From a virus (taxonomy: Duplodnaviria > Caudoviricetes), in the IMG/VR virus record IMGVR_UViG_3300030331_000022, positions 1-51,657 of that record: DNA of 51,657 bases. The stretch is one strand, 5' to 3'. This document shows positions 25,364 to 34,208 of this stretch, one piece after another. The notes under the pieces are model-generated. The model was not told the origin of the DNA, did not search any database, and worked only from the letters and a program-made list of their open reading frames with translations. How positions within the stretch are numbered: the first letter of the stretch is position 1; each line of letters opens with the position of its first letter. The position numbers and the translations under genes are program-made.

Positions 25364-25735
25364 ATGAAAGTAGAGGTATACTTTAACCTACACAAACACT
25401 TGTTCTCTGTTCGTTCATGTAAAACAGGTAGGGTAATTGAACATACTACACATGTTCATTTGGACAGTCCTGTGTTTATAGTACGTCAATCAGGCCGTAA
25501 ACGTGTGTTACGTGAAGGTAAAAAGAATGTTCATGCTTTTGTAAGGGGCTATAGAAATCCTTATTTGGATTGGGCTTTACCTGACGGTTATCCTGTAGGA
25601 TATAACCCATACAAGTTTGATAGTTTTGTAAACAAACATACGCATGATCCTGTGCATTTTGCAAGTAAAGCAGCAATGCTTGTGTTGCCAAACAATAAAC
25701 CTGTAATAAGAGTAAAACAAGGAGTCGATATATGA
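25364..25735 (+). CDS. Conserved hypothetical phage protein
   Basis: VEVYFNLHK..FSV...GRKRVLREGKKNVHAFVRG...YNPYK motif. Confidence 0.8.
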   Translation: MKVEVYFNLHKHLFSVRSCKTGRVIEHTTHVHLDSPVFIVRQSGRKRVLREGKKNVHAFVRGYRNPYLDWALPDGYPVGYNPYKFDSFVNKHTHDPVHFASKAAMLVLPNNKPVIRVKQGVDI

Positions 25736-25968
25736 CGATTAAATCGTACGAAATTGTCCTACAGATTGATGGTGTGGATAGTAGGATCATGTTAGATGAT
25801 ACCTTTCCATCCATTGTCGATTGGATAAGTGCTTGCAATATGGCAGTCCTGATGGCAAAGCACGTACACCCAAGCAAAGAGGTAGAGTTTATCTCTTGCT
25901 CGGAATACATTGATGAACAATATGCAGACTATGATTACATAGCCCCTGCCTCATTCACAATACATTAA
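25732..25968 (+). CDS. Hypothetical protein
   Basis: 78 aa, RBS AGGAG, ATGA overlap. Confidence 0.65.
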   Translation: MTIKSYEIVLQIDGVDSRIMLDDTFPSIVDWISACNMAVLMAKHVHPSKEVEFISCSEYIDEQYADYDYIAPASFTIH

Positions 25969-25979
25969 GGAGAATAACT

Positions 25980-26342
25980 ATGGAAGCTAAGATAAAACTG
26001 ACTAAAACCATGCTTGATAAAAGCATTATTGATGCCAACAAAACTGTGCAAAAGTTTTTGCTAGGAGATTTTGGAATGGATTATAATGATCAGTTCTTTG
26101 TTGATCGCAATAAATTTATTGTAACTGGTGAATACACTGATGGCACAGAAGCCAAGGTTACATTCTATCGTACTGGCACACGTGGAGACAAACGTATTAG
26201 CATACAAAAGTTAAAACAGTATGCTGATGCAGGTGATGAGATACGTCTGTCATCTGACAGTGAAGACGTTCTAGGTGGTGATGGGCTGCGGATTTTTATT
26301 CAAGTACACAGACCACTAGAGGATGCTGAAGATGCTGCTTAA
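25980..26342 (+). CDS. Hypothetical protein
   Basis: 120 aa, RBS AAGGAG. Confidence 0.7.
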   Translation: MEAKIKLTKTMLDKSIIDANKTVQKFLLGDFGMDYNDQFFVDRNKFIVTGEYTDGTEAKVTFYRTGTRGDKRISIQKLKQYADAGDEIRLSSDSEDVLGGDGLRIFIQVHRPLEDAEDAA

Positions 26343-26727
26343 TACAGTGCTAATGTGTCTTGCACTTAATGTGTATCACGAAACACGAGGTCAGCCTATG
26401 GCTGAAGGGTATGCAGTGTCTCATGTGGTGTTGAATCGTGTCAAACATGATCGTTGGCCTAATGATGTATGCTCTGTTGTAAAACAAGGCTATAAAAAGG
26501 GCAGTAAAAAGTGCCAGTTTAGTTGGTATTGTGACGGTAAACCTGACACACCTTACGAAAAAAGGGCTTGGGTATTGTCTCAGTTGATAGCACATGATGT
26601 GCTTGAAGGGACTGTGGTTGATAACACAAACGGTGCTACCCACTACCATGCACACTATGTCAATCCTTGGTGGGCAAAAAAGTTAACTAAAACTGTGTCA
26701 CTAAAGACACACATATACTATAAATAG
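26323..26727 (+). CDS. Cell-wall hydrolase (SleB / Hydrolase_2 family)
   Basis: CLALNVYHETRG, VVLNRV, CQFSW and GATHYHA..V.P.W motifs. Confidence 0.88.
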   Translation: MLKMLLNTVLMCLALNVYHETRGQPMAEGYAVSHVVLNRVKHDRWPNDVCSVVKQGYKKGSKKCQFSWYCDGKPDTPYEKRAWVLSQLIAHDVLEGTVVDNTNGATHYHAHYVNPWWAKKLTKTVSLKTHIYYK

Positions 26728-26810
26728 CTTATCGTTACTAGTATAGGGATCATAGGTGTGATACAACAGGTTATCAGTTGCCTAACTAAAATGAAAAAAA
26801 GGAGAATAAT

Positions 26811-27656
26811 ATGCCATTTGATTTTACAAACTTTGAAGTACCAGAAAACTTAAACTTTCCTGTGGAGTTTGAACCCACTAAAGTAAGTGACAAAAAGTAT
26901 GTCATCAATGCCGACACTGGTAAATACCTTGGTATTGTCGGCAAAGGTTTTACGTGTGCATCACACGGTGATTTTTATCGTCGTGTCTACGACACAATCA
27001 CAGAGAACCTTTTGTCAACAGAGATTGAGAATGCACAGTTTACGTGGCGGTCTGCCCGTAACAATGCATGGTCTATGCTAGACATTACACTGCCCGACAT
27101 GCAGGTTGAGATTAGCACCGACAAGCATACAACTACGTTGGGTAATAGGATCATATCTTTGCATGGTATTGACGGTTCATGCAGCAATCAAGCATTCTTT
27201 GGTGCCATAGATTTCTTTTGCACCAATGGGCAGATATCTGGTGACTATGACAAGATCCGTAAGAAAAACACTTCCAACTTTACATTAGATGGTTTCATTC
27301 AGGAATTGCAACGTGCACGAACTGATTTCTACACAGAAACAGCCAAGATGCAAGTGTGGGCGCAAACTTCCACAAAGTATGTAAACATACAGTCTTTGCT
27401 TGAGGAGATGATATCCTCTAAACGTAAAGCAGAAAAAATGTTCAGCCTATACTGTGCAGAGGCAAGCACACGTGGTCACAATAAGTGGGCATTGTATTCT
27501 GCCTTTACCAACTACGCCAGCTATGCTGATGAACGTAACGGATTCAACTTGCGTAACACTGGCAACGACACACGTGCTATCAGCATGTTTAGCCGTGAGC
27601 AAGAGGTCAGCAAGTGGGTCAGTGACAGACGGTTCATAGAACTGGAAGCTGCTTAA
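26811..27656 (+). CDS. DUF932/DUF945-like phage protein
   Basis: YLGIVG..F, HGIDGS, FFCTNG and WALYSAFTNY motifs. Confidence 0.7.
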   Translation: MPFDFTNFEVPENLNFPVEFEPTKVSDKKYVINADTGKYLGIVGKGFTCASHGDFYRRVYDTITENLLSTEIENAQFTWRSARNNAWSMLDITLPDMQVEISTDKHTTTLGNRIISLHGIDGSCSNQAFFGAIDFFCTNGQISGDYDKIRKKNTSNFTLDGFIQELQRARTDFYTETAKMQVWAQTSTKYVNIQSLLEEMISSKRKAEKMFSLYCAEASTRGHNKWALYSAFTNYASYADERNGFNLRNTGNDTRAISMFSREQEVSKWVSDRRFIELEAA

Positions 27657-28780
27657 TGCCAAAGCTGCCACGTTATGTACAGGAACGAGTGTCACCTTCT
27701 GGTGGCATCTCGTATCGTTTTAATCCACCACAGATACTAGTGGATGAAGGTGTAGTAAAAAGAGAGTCTTACGGGTCTGACTTAAAGCAGGTTCGTAAGA
27801 TCGTCAAGCAACACAATGAAAACATTGACAAATGGCGTGATGAACAATCTGTTACACTTAACATGAATAAGGTCACAGATCTAATCAACTATTACTATCA
27901 GTCTAATGATTTCAATATGTTACGTGACACAACTAAAGTAGATTACCGATACTTCCTGACCATCTTGCACCAGACTATGGGCTGGCGTAAGTATGACAAG
28001 ATTACACCTAAGATTGCCAAGCAAGCCTATGAAGATTGGGTTAGACGTGGCATTAGCTTTGCTAATCATGCAGCTACTTGTGCTAGTAGAGTGTACAACT
28101 ATGCAATAATGATGGAGTATGCTACGCAGAATCCTTGGGCTAATATCAAACGCAAGTCCAGCAAACAACGTAAGGTTACGTGGTCACACGGTGAGATCAT
28201 CAAGTTCCTTGACATGGCCTACACAGACTTTGAATACAGGAACATAGGACTAATAGTACAGATGGCCTACGAGTGGTGTCAGAGACTAGGAGACATGCGT
28301 AATTTACGGTGGGATAACATAGACTTTACCTATGGTAAATTAGAACTAGAGCAAAGTAAACGCAGGGCAGAGGTAAGTCTACCAATATCTGACAACCTGC
28401 TGCACATGTTGAAAGAGCAACATAAAGACTTTGGGTTCCAAGAATATGTGGCTCCGCATCCTAGACCCATGAATGGAGTGTATAGTCCGTATGCTATGGA
28501 ACGACTATCTAAGGTAGGTAGAAGGGTCATGCGACTAGCTGGTTTACCAGAAGAACTAAGACTAATGGACATACGTAGAACAGGAGTAACACAAATGGAT
28601 AAGGAAGGTGTGCCGATTAACCAGATCATGTCTGTTACAGGGCATAGCCACATGGCCTCTGTAAAGCCATACCTAAAACATTCTTACGATAGTGCAAATA
28701 GTGCCTTGACAATGCGTAATGTATCTGTATCCTTGAGTGAAACGAACAACATAGAAAGTGATACATATGAATATAAGTAA
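27656..28780 (+). CDS. Tyrosine recombinase / integrase
   Basis: QRLGD (catalytic Arg), MDIRRTG (HxxR box), VTGH and catalytic Tyr (KPY); N-terminal arm-binding-like region. Confidence 0.85.
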   Translation: MPKLPRYVQERVSPSGGISYRFNPPQILVDEGVVKRESYGSDLKQVRKIVKQHNENIDKWRDEQSVTLNMNKVTDLINYYYQSNDFNMLRDTTKVDYRYFLTILHQTMGWRKYDKITPKIAKQAYEDWVRRGISFANHAATCASRVYNYAIMMEYATQNPWANIKRKSSKQRKVTWSHGEIIKFLDMAYTDFEYRNIGLIVQMAYEWCQRLGDMRNLRWDNIDFTYGKLELEQSKRRAEVSLPISDNLLHMLKEQHKDFGFQEYVAPHPRPMNGVYSPYAMERLSKVGRRVMRLAGLPEELRLMDIRRTGVTQMDKEGVPINQIMSVTGHSHMASVKPYLKHSYDSANSALTMRNVSVSLSETNNIESDTYEYK

Positions 28781-29555
28781 TATAATTAATGATATATCAC
28801 TTAGTAATGGTGAGACTAAACGCATGAACTGCCCTGAGTGTGATGGCTACAAGACGTTCACTATCACTAACAATATGGGATCATTGCTATGGAACTGTTA
28901 CAAGGCAGGGTGCTCTGTGTCTGGTGGTAAACGTGTGCACTTATCTGCCGATGATATACGTAACTCACTTGGCAGTGTTGCCAAAGAGACACACTCTGTT
29001 GGTTTTGAAAAACCTGAGTGGCTAGTCAAAGACTACAATGCTATTCGTCCATTCTGTAATGAGTGGAGTCTTGACCCACAACACTTAGGACTTCTTTATG
29101 ACGTGAAGGAACATCGTGTAGTGTTCCCTATTATGCAAGGGAATGTGATAGTTGATGCCACAGGTCGCAGTTTGTCTGGACGTTTACCTAAATGGAAACG
29201 ATACGGAAAAAGTCTATTGCCATACACTTGTGGATGTGGTACAACTGCCGTAGTTGTTGAGGACTGTGTAAGTGCAGCTATTGTTGGTGCGACAGGCGAA
29301 CTTGGATGCTCTAGTGGTGATGTATATGTCGGGGTAGCAGTGTTGGGTACATCATTATCGGAGGGACACAAGCAATACTTATCACAGTTCTCAACAGCAG
29401 TGATTGCCTTAGACCCCGATGCACTACCAAAGACATTGGCGATTGCGAAAGAATTACGAGGACACGTAAAGCACATACGTGTATTGTATTTATTAGACGA
29501 TTTAAAATATAGAAACGAAACCGACATGATGAAACTAACAGAGCTAGGAGATTAA
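28767..29555 (+). CDS. DNA primase (Zn finger + TOPRIM)
   Basis: CPEC...WNCYKAGC, VVVED..SA and ALDPDA motifs; upstream of the helicase. Likely ATG at 28767. Confidence 0.85.
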   Translation: MNISNIINDISLSNGETKRMNCPECDGYKTFTITNNMGSLLWNCYKAGCSVSGGKRVHLSADDIRNSLGSVAKETHSVGFEKPEWLVKDYNAIRPFCNEWSLDPQHLGLLYDVKEHRVVFPIMQGNVIVDATGRSLSGRLPKWKRYGKSLLPYTCGCGTTAVVVEDCVSAAIVGATGELGCSSGDVYVGVAVLGTSLSEGHKQYLSQFSTAVIALDPDALPKTLAIAKELRGHVKHIRVLYLLDDLKYRNETDMMKLTELGD

Positions 29556-29556
29556 T

Positions 29557-30780
29557 ATGGAATTATCACTTGTACGCAGTCTGATGGACAAGTCATTCTA
29601 CGATGAGCATCGTGGGGCAAAGTGTCCAGACAGATTGTTTAGCAAAGATGTACGTAAGATCAAGCAGTCTATTGATGCTGCTATGAGCAGGTACGAACGT
29701 ACAGTAACGCCAGATGAGATAGAGGCATTGTTTATGGCAAACAATCCTACCCTTACAACGGCACAGAAACAGGCATATAGCCATCTATTTACGAAAATAA
29801 AACGTGAGTCACCTATGGGTGGAGATGTAGCACAAGAGGTGCTATCCAAACTATTTCAACAAGTTGTGGGAGAAGATATTGCAAATCTTGGATTTGATTA
29901 TGTGAACGGTGACAAGTCTAGTCTTGAGCCACTACGTAACCTCTTGGAACAGTATGGAGATGATTTTACACCCAATCTAAAAGTAGAGTGGGAAGACATA
30001 AGTATTGATACTATACTTGCAATGACAGATCTTGAGTCGCAGTGGACATTTAACATACCATCTCTTACACGCAAACTAGAGGGTATAAATGCTGGTCATT
30101 TGATTGAGGTAGGTGCAAGGCCAAACACTGGCAAGACATCCTTTCATGCCTCTCTTGTGGCCTCTCCTGATGGGTTTGCATGGCAAGGGGCAAAGTGTGT
30201 AGTGCTATGCAACGAAGAGGGTTACTATAGGGTTGCACATAGGTACATCACTGCTGCTACTGGTATGGACAAATACCAGATTAGTAGAAACAAAGAGGTG
30301 GCTATGCGTGTGTTTGATCAAATACGTAAGAATATCATGTTCAAAGATGCGACTGGACGGGACATGAACTGGGTAGAATCTGTGTGTAAATCCTACAAGC
30401 CTGATATTGTAATCTTAGATATGGGTGATAAGTTTGCTAGGACTAGTGGATTTGCTAGACCTGATGAAGCACTCAAAGCTAATGCTGTACATGCTAGACA
30501 AATTGCTAAACAACATAACTGTGCTCTGTTTTATATGTCTCAACTATCCGCAGATGCAGAGGGTAAAGTTGTGCTTAATCAAGCTATGATGGAGGGCAGT
30601 CGTACAGGTAAGGCAGCAGAGGCTGACCTTATGATTATGATATCTAAGAATCCTACTGTGCAAGATCAAGCAGAGGAAGACATAGAACGACATATAAATA
30701 TTGTTAAAAACAAACTGTCTGGATGGCATGGCCTGATACATGTAAATCTAGACTACCATACTGCGAGGTATTTAGTATGA
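29557..30780 (+). CDS. Replicative SF4 (DnaB-like) helicase
   Basis: Walker A GARPNTGKT, CNEE, IVILD, SQL, EADL and IVKNK motifs. Confidence 0.9.
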   Translation: MELSLVRSLMDKSFYDEHRGAKCPDRLFSKDVRKIKQSIDAAMSRYERTVTPDEIEALFMANNPTLTTAQKQAYSHLFTKIKRESPMGGDVAQEVLSKLFQQVVGEDIANLGFDYVNGDKSSLEPLRNLLEQYGDDFTPNLKVEWEDISIDTILAMTDLESQWTFNIPSLTRKLEGINAGHLIEVGARPNTGKTSFHASLVASPDGFAWQGAKCVVLCNEEGYYRVAHRYITAATGMDKYQISRNKEVAMRVFDQIRKNIMFKDATGRDMNWVESVCKSYKPDIVILDMGDKFARTSGFARPDEALKANAVHARQIAKQHNCALFYMSQLSADAEGKVVLNQAMMEGSRTGKAAEADLMIMISKNPTVQDQAEEDIERHINIVKNKLSGWHGLIHVNLDYHTARYLV

Positions 30781-31520
30781 TTGATGTGAAATATATAAAT
30801 CATATGGGTACTGACATTACAGTTGTAAATGCTGCACGTGTTAGCTTTGGAAAAAAATCAGATTTTGTGTGCACTGACATGATAATAGGCAAGTACGAGA
30901 TGAAAGAGGCTGATACAAAGCTGATCAAATATCTTGCCAAACACAAACATATGTCACCCTTTGGACATTGTTTTGCTACCTTTCATGTCAAGGCTCCTAT
31001 ATTTGTGGCACGTCAGCTAGTCAAGCATAAATTCCTACGTTGGAACGAGATCAGCCGTAGGTATGTAGACAGTGAGCCTGAGTTTTATATCCCTGAGTTT
31101 CGTAAAGCAGTTAAAAATAAAAAACAGGGATCAGGGGGAGTCATAAACTCTGAAAACTTACGTATTAGATTTGAAAGAAATATGGTAAGTGCAAAGCATA
31201 AGTACGAATATCTATTACATCAAAACGTATGTCCAGAACAAGCACGTATGGTGTTGCCACAAAATACTATGACTGAGTGGTACTGGTCAGGCAGTCTTGA
31301 TGCCTTTGCTGATATGTGTAATCTGCGTTGTGCTTCTGATACACAATACGAAACACGGTTAGTCGCAACAAAGGTTAGTGACAGTATGAAAGTATTATTT
31401 CCTGTGTCTTGGGATGCTTTAGTAAAAGTTAATGGACATCAAGCAGAAAAAATGACTGATGTTGCAGTATTTTCAGAAGACATATGGCAGGATGGTGATG
31501 GCGGGGAGTTATTTACATGA
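30777..31520 (+). CDS. thyX: Flavin-dependent thymidylate synthase
   Basis: VNAARVSF, HMSPFGH, APIFVARQLVKH, NEISRRY and EQARMVLP motifs; start revised to the ATG at 30777 (ATGA overlap). Confidence 0.92.
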   Translation: MIDVKYINHMGTDITVVNAARVSFGKKSDFVCTDMIIGKYEMKEADTKLIKYLAKHKHMSPFGHCFATFHVKAPIFVARQLVKHKFLRWNEISRRYVDSEPEFYIPEFRKAVKNKKQGSGGVINSENLRIRFERNMVSAKHKYEYLLHQNVCPEQARMVLPQNTMTEWYWSGSLDAFADMCNLRCASDTQYETRLVATKVSDSMKVLFPVSWDALVKVNGHQAEKMTDVAVFSEDIWQDGDGGELFT

Positions 31521-31948
31521 TACATAAATTTATGAATAATATACCAGAGTTTTGCCTTAGTCACTGGCTACTCAGGATACCTTTAGCAATTGTGTTTATA
31601 CAACAGGGATTTTCTAAGTTCCCTATAACACTTGAGGATGCAAGTTCATTTGGACTACCTTTAGTTGTATGGTCATTTGCTGCGTACGGAGAACTCGGTG
31701 CAGGTATAGGTTTAATAGTGAGTGGTATTATAGGACTAAGTATTTGGGACTTTTGGATTAGAGATATGTTTGCATTTTGGGCAGACTTACTGACACGTTT
31801 CTGTGGTATTACCATTTGTTGTGTTATGACTGGTGTTATATGGGTGGGTGAACCAGATAGTTTAACTGACGTATTACTATATGATAACTTACATGTTTTA
31901 TTGTGGGTTGGTGGTTTGTTCTTTGCCCTAAGAGGAATGAGAGCATGA
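31517..31948 (+). CDS. DoxX-family membrane protein
   Basis: LLRIPLAIVFIQQG.SK...AYGELGAGIGL, four TM segments. Confidence 0.75.
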   Translation: MIHKFMNNIPEFCLSHWLLRIPLAIVFIQQGFSKFPITLEDASSFGLPLVVWSFAAYGELGAGIGLIVSGIIGLSIWDFWIRDMFAFWADLLTRFCGITICCVMTGVIWVGEPDSLTDVLLYDNLHVLLWVGGLFFALRGMRA

Positions 31949-32103
31949 GAAGAACTAGTATAGTAGAGTGTCCGTGGTGCAAAGAGGCATTTGACTGGAG
32001 AGAAGACAGAGAATGCCCACATTGTAAAGACAAATATCAATGTGTAAGTTGTGGTGCACCCACCAAAAATACATGGTGTGGTTTTTGTTTAGAGGAAGAG
32101 TAA
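31945..32103 (+). CDS. Small multi-CxxC zinc-finger protein
   Basis: CPWC..CPHC..CVSC..CGFC; ATG at 31945 overlaps the DoxX stop. Confidence 0.65.
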   Translation: MRRTSIVECPWCKEAFDWREDRECPHCKDKYQCVSCGAPTKNTWCGFCLEEE

Positions 32104-32104
32104 A

Positions 32105-33127
32105 TTGAGACTAGAGAATGAAATAAAGTTAGACTTTAAAGATGTCTTAATAAGACCAAAGAGAAGCACTCTTGGTAGCCGTAAACAAGTTGAATTAACA
32201 AGAGATTTTAAGTTTAAAAATTCTCTTGGGATGTATCGTGGCATACCTGTAATGGCTGCTAACATGGATGGTGTTGGTACTTTTGAAATGGCAAAGGCTC
32301 TAAAAGATCTAGGTCTGTTTACTTGTTTAGTTAAGACCTACACATCTGAGGAGATCATTAACTTTTTTAAAAGTGATCAACGTTTATATCAAAGTGTGGC
32401 AGTAAGTATTGGTATTACTGATGATGATCTTATAAAGTGGCATGAGGTTTACTCTCATGAGCACAGTGTAAAATATGTTTGCATTGATGTTGCTAACGGC
32501 TACAGTGAAAACTTTGTAGATTTTGTAAAAGAGTTTAGAGGTAGATATCCTGAGATAGTTATTATAGCAGGTAACGTAGCCACTGGTGAAATGACAGAGG
32601 AACTAATACTAAGTGGTGCTGACATAGTTAAAGTTGGTATTGGTCCTGGGTCTGTTTGTACAACGAGAATAAAAACTGGTGTTGGTTATCCACAACTGTC
32701 AGCCATAATAGAATGTGCTGATGCTGCTCATGGTCTTGGTGGCTTAGTTATTGCTGATGGTGGTTGTACCTGTGCTGGTGATGTTGCAAAGGCTTTTGGT
32801 GCAGGTGCAGACTTTGTAATGCTAGGTGGTATGTTTGCTGGTCACGATGAGGGAGGTGTCGAAATAGTAGATGGCAAGGTTCAGTTCTACGGCATGAGTT
32901 CTAAAGCTGCCAATGACAAACACTTTGGTGGCTTAAAAGAATATAGAACATCTGAGGGTAGGGATGTACAGATACCACATAAAGGAGAGATAACTAATAC
33001 TGTCCAAGAAATACTTGGTGGCCTAAGATCATCCTGTACCTATGTTGGAGCTAGGAACTTAAAAAATTTAAGTAAATGCACAACTTTCGTTAGGTGCACA
33101 CAAACATATAATTCTGTTTTTTGTTAA
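32105..33127 (+). CDS. guaC: GMP reductase (type 1)
   Basis: [59 protein letters not shown] and EYR.SEG motifs; no CBS domains. Confidence 0.92.
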   Translation: MRLENEIKLDFKDVLIRPKRSTLGSRKQVELTRDFKFKNSLGMYRGIPVMAANMDGVGTFEMAKALKDLGLFTCLVKTYTSEEIINFFKSDQRLYQSVAVSIGITDDDLIKWHEVYSHEHSVKYVCIDVANGYSENFVDFVKEFRGRYPEIVIIAGNVATGEMTEELILSGADIVKVGIGPGSVCTTRIKTGVGYPQLSAIIECADAAHGLGGLVIADGGCTCAGDVAKAFGAGADFVMLGGMFAGHDEGGVEIVDGKVQFYGMSSKAANDKHFGGLKEYRTSEGRDVQIPHKGEITNTVQEILGGLRSSCTYVGARNLKNLSKCTTFVRCTQTYNSVFC

Positions 33128-33140
33128 GGGAGTTTGCTGA

Positions 33141-33383
33141 ATGATAGACAGACCTGAAGGTTATAAAGAGATAGTAATACGAACAAGTAACCCAAGAGTA
33201 TCTTGTAGTGGGGAGAACAATGACCACCCACTAGTTTACTATGATGTACCAAGAGATGGAACATATGTCGTTTGTGGCTACTGTGATATTAAATTTGTTT
33301 ATGAACCAGATAATGCAGACCACTGGACAGATAAGACTGAAAAGATTGCAAGGATTTGTTATAGTAGAGGATTTTTTGTATGA
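33141..33383 (+). CDS. zf-CHCC zinc-finger protein (NDUFS6-like)
   Basis: RVSCSGENNDHPLVY...VVCGYC..KF gives a C-H-C-C ligand pattern. Confidence 0.75.
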   Translation: MIDRPEGYKEIVIRTSNPRVSCSGENNDHPLVYYDVPRDGTYVVCGYCDIKFVYEPDNADHWTDKTEKIARICYSRGFFV

Positions 33384-33568
33384 CACCTAGAGAAGAAGCA
33401 CAGATAGAAGCAGAGAAAACTTACGTAGCTTTTTTAGAAAAAAGCAAACGTGTGTTGATAGTTAGTGTGTTGGTGCTTTTGCTTTTAGCTTTTTGCAGTG
33501 ACTTTGACACACCAACAAATTATAACGGTGAGGTTTATGCCCCCAAAAACATAGGAGAAGATAGATGA
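33380..33568 (+). CDS. Small membrane-anchored protein
   Basis: Single TM segment VLIVSVLVLLLLAFC. Confidence 0.65.
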   Translation: MTPREEAQIEAEKTYVAFLEKSKRVLIVSVLVLLLLAFCSDFDTPTNYNGEVYAPKNIGEDR

Positions 33569-33669
33569 ATCATAATTTTTATATTAGAGAACTGTCTGAA
33601 AGAGTTTTTGAACTTGAAAAAAAAGTAGCTATACTAGAAGAAAAACTCAAGGAGACTAAGAATGTTTAG
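33565..33669 (+). CDS. 34-aa coiled-coil peptide (not in ORF track)
   Basis: MNHNFYIRELSERVFELEKKVAILEEKLKETKNV; RBS GGAG, overlaps both neighbours. Confidence 0.5.
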   Translation: MNHNFYIRELSERVFELEKKVAILEEKLKETKNV

Positions 33670-33997
33670 AGCAATACTAGCTGCCTGTATGATAGCAGGT
33701 GGAGCACAAGCAGGTGAGTGGCAAACAAAACCTGTAATATGTGGAGGTGAGGAAGAAACATTTAGCACATTAGCCTTGATGGAGCAACGCCTTGTATATA
33801 AGGCAATGCAGTATACAACAGTCAAAGATCCAGATGATTTAATAGATGGACTATCTGATAATCCTGTGTTATTACATATGGCTATCTACATGAACTTAGA
33901 TACAGGCACGTACACAGTATTGGAATATCATGACTTGTACAAACAGTTTTGCCTGATTAGTTATGGCAATCAAGGGATGTTTGTAAATGGTGATTAA
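33662..33997 (+). CDS. Hypothetical exported protein (signal peptide)
   Basis: MFRAILAACMIAGGAQA signal; KPVICG...GTYTVLEY...CLISYG. Confidence 0.7.
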   Translation: MFRAILAACMIAGGAQAGEWQTKPVICGGEEETFSTLALMEQRLVYKAMQYTTVKDPDDLIDGLSDNPVLLHMAIYMNLDTGTYTVLEYHDLYKQFCLISYGNQGMFVNGD

Positions 33998-34208
33998 ACC
34001 AATGACTCAAGAAGAACGTCAACGTGCAAAGGAGAAACAATATATGAATAGTAATATGAGCACAGAGATTGCGTTGTATAATGCAATGAAAAAACATGAT
34101 TTAACTTTAGCAGAGGCAGTACAAGCAATGGAGATATTTGCAAATGACAAAGAGTTTCAAAATGATCTTGACAGATTCTATGGAAATGAGGTATTCATAG
34201 AAGAATGA
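33987..34208 (+). CDS. Hypothetical protein
   Basis: 73 aa, coupled to the polymerase start. Confidence 0.65.
   Translation: MVIKPMTQEERQRAKEKQYMNSNMSTEIALYNAMKKHDLTLAEAVQAMEIFANDKEFQNDLDRFYGNEVFIEE

Noticed and set aside
32105-33127. Annotation as IMP dehydrogenase (guaB)
   Set aside because: The motifs [13 protein letters not shown] and ECADAAHG, the length and the lack of CBS domains fit type 1 GMP reductase better.
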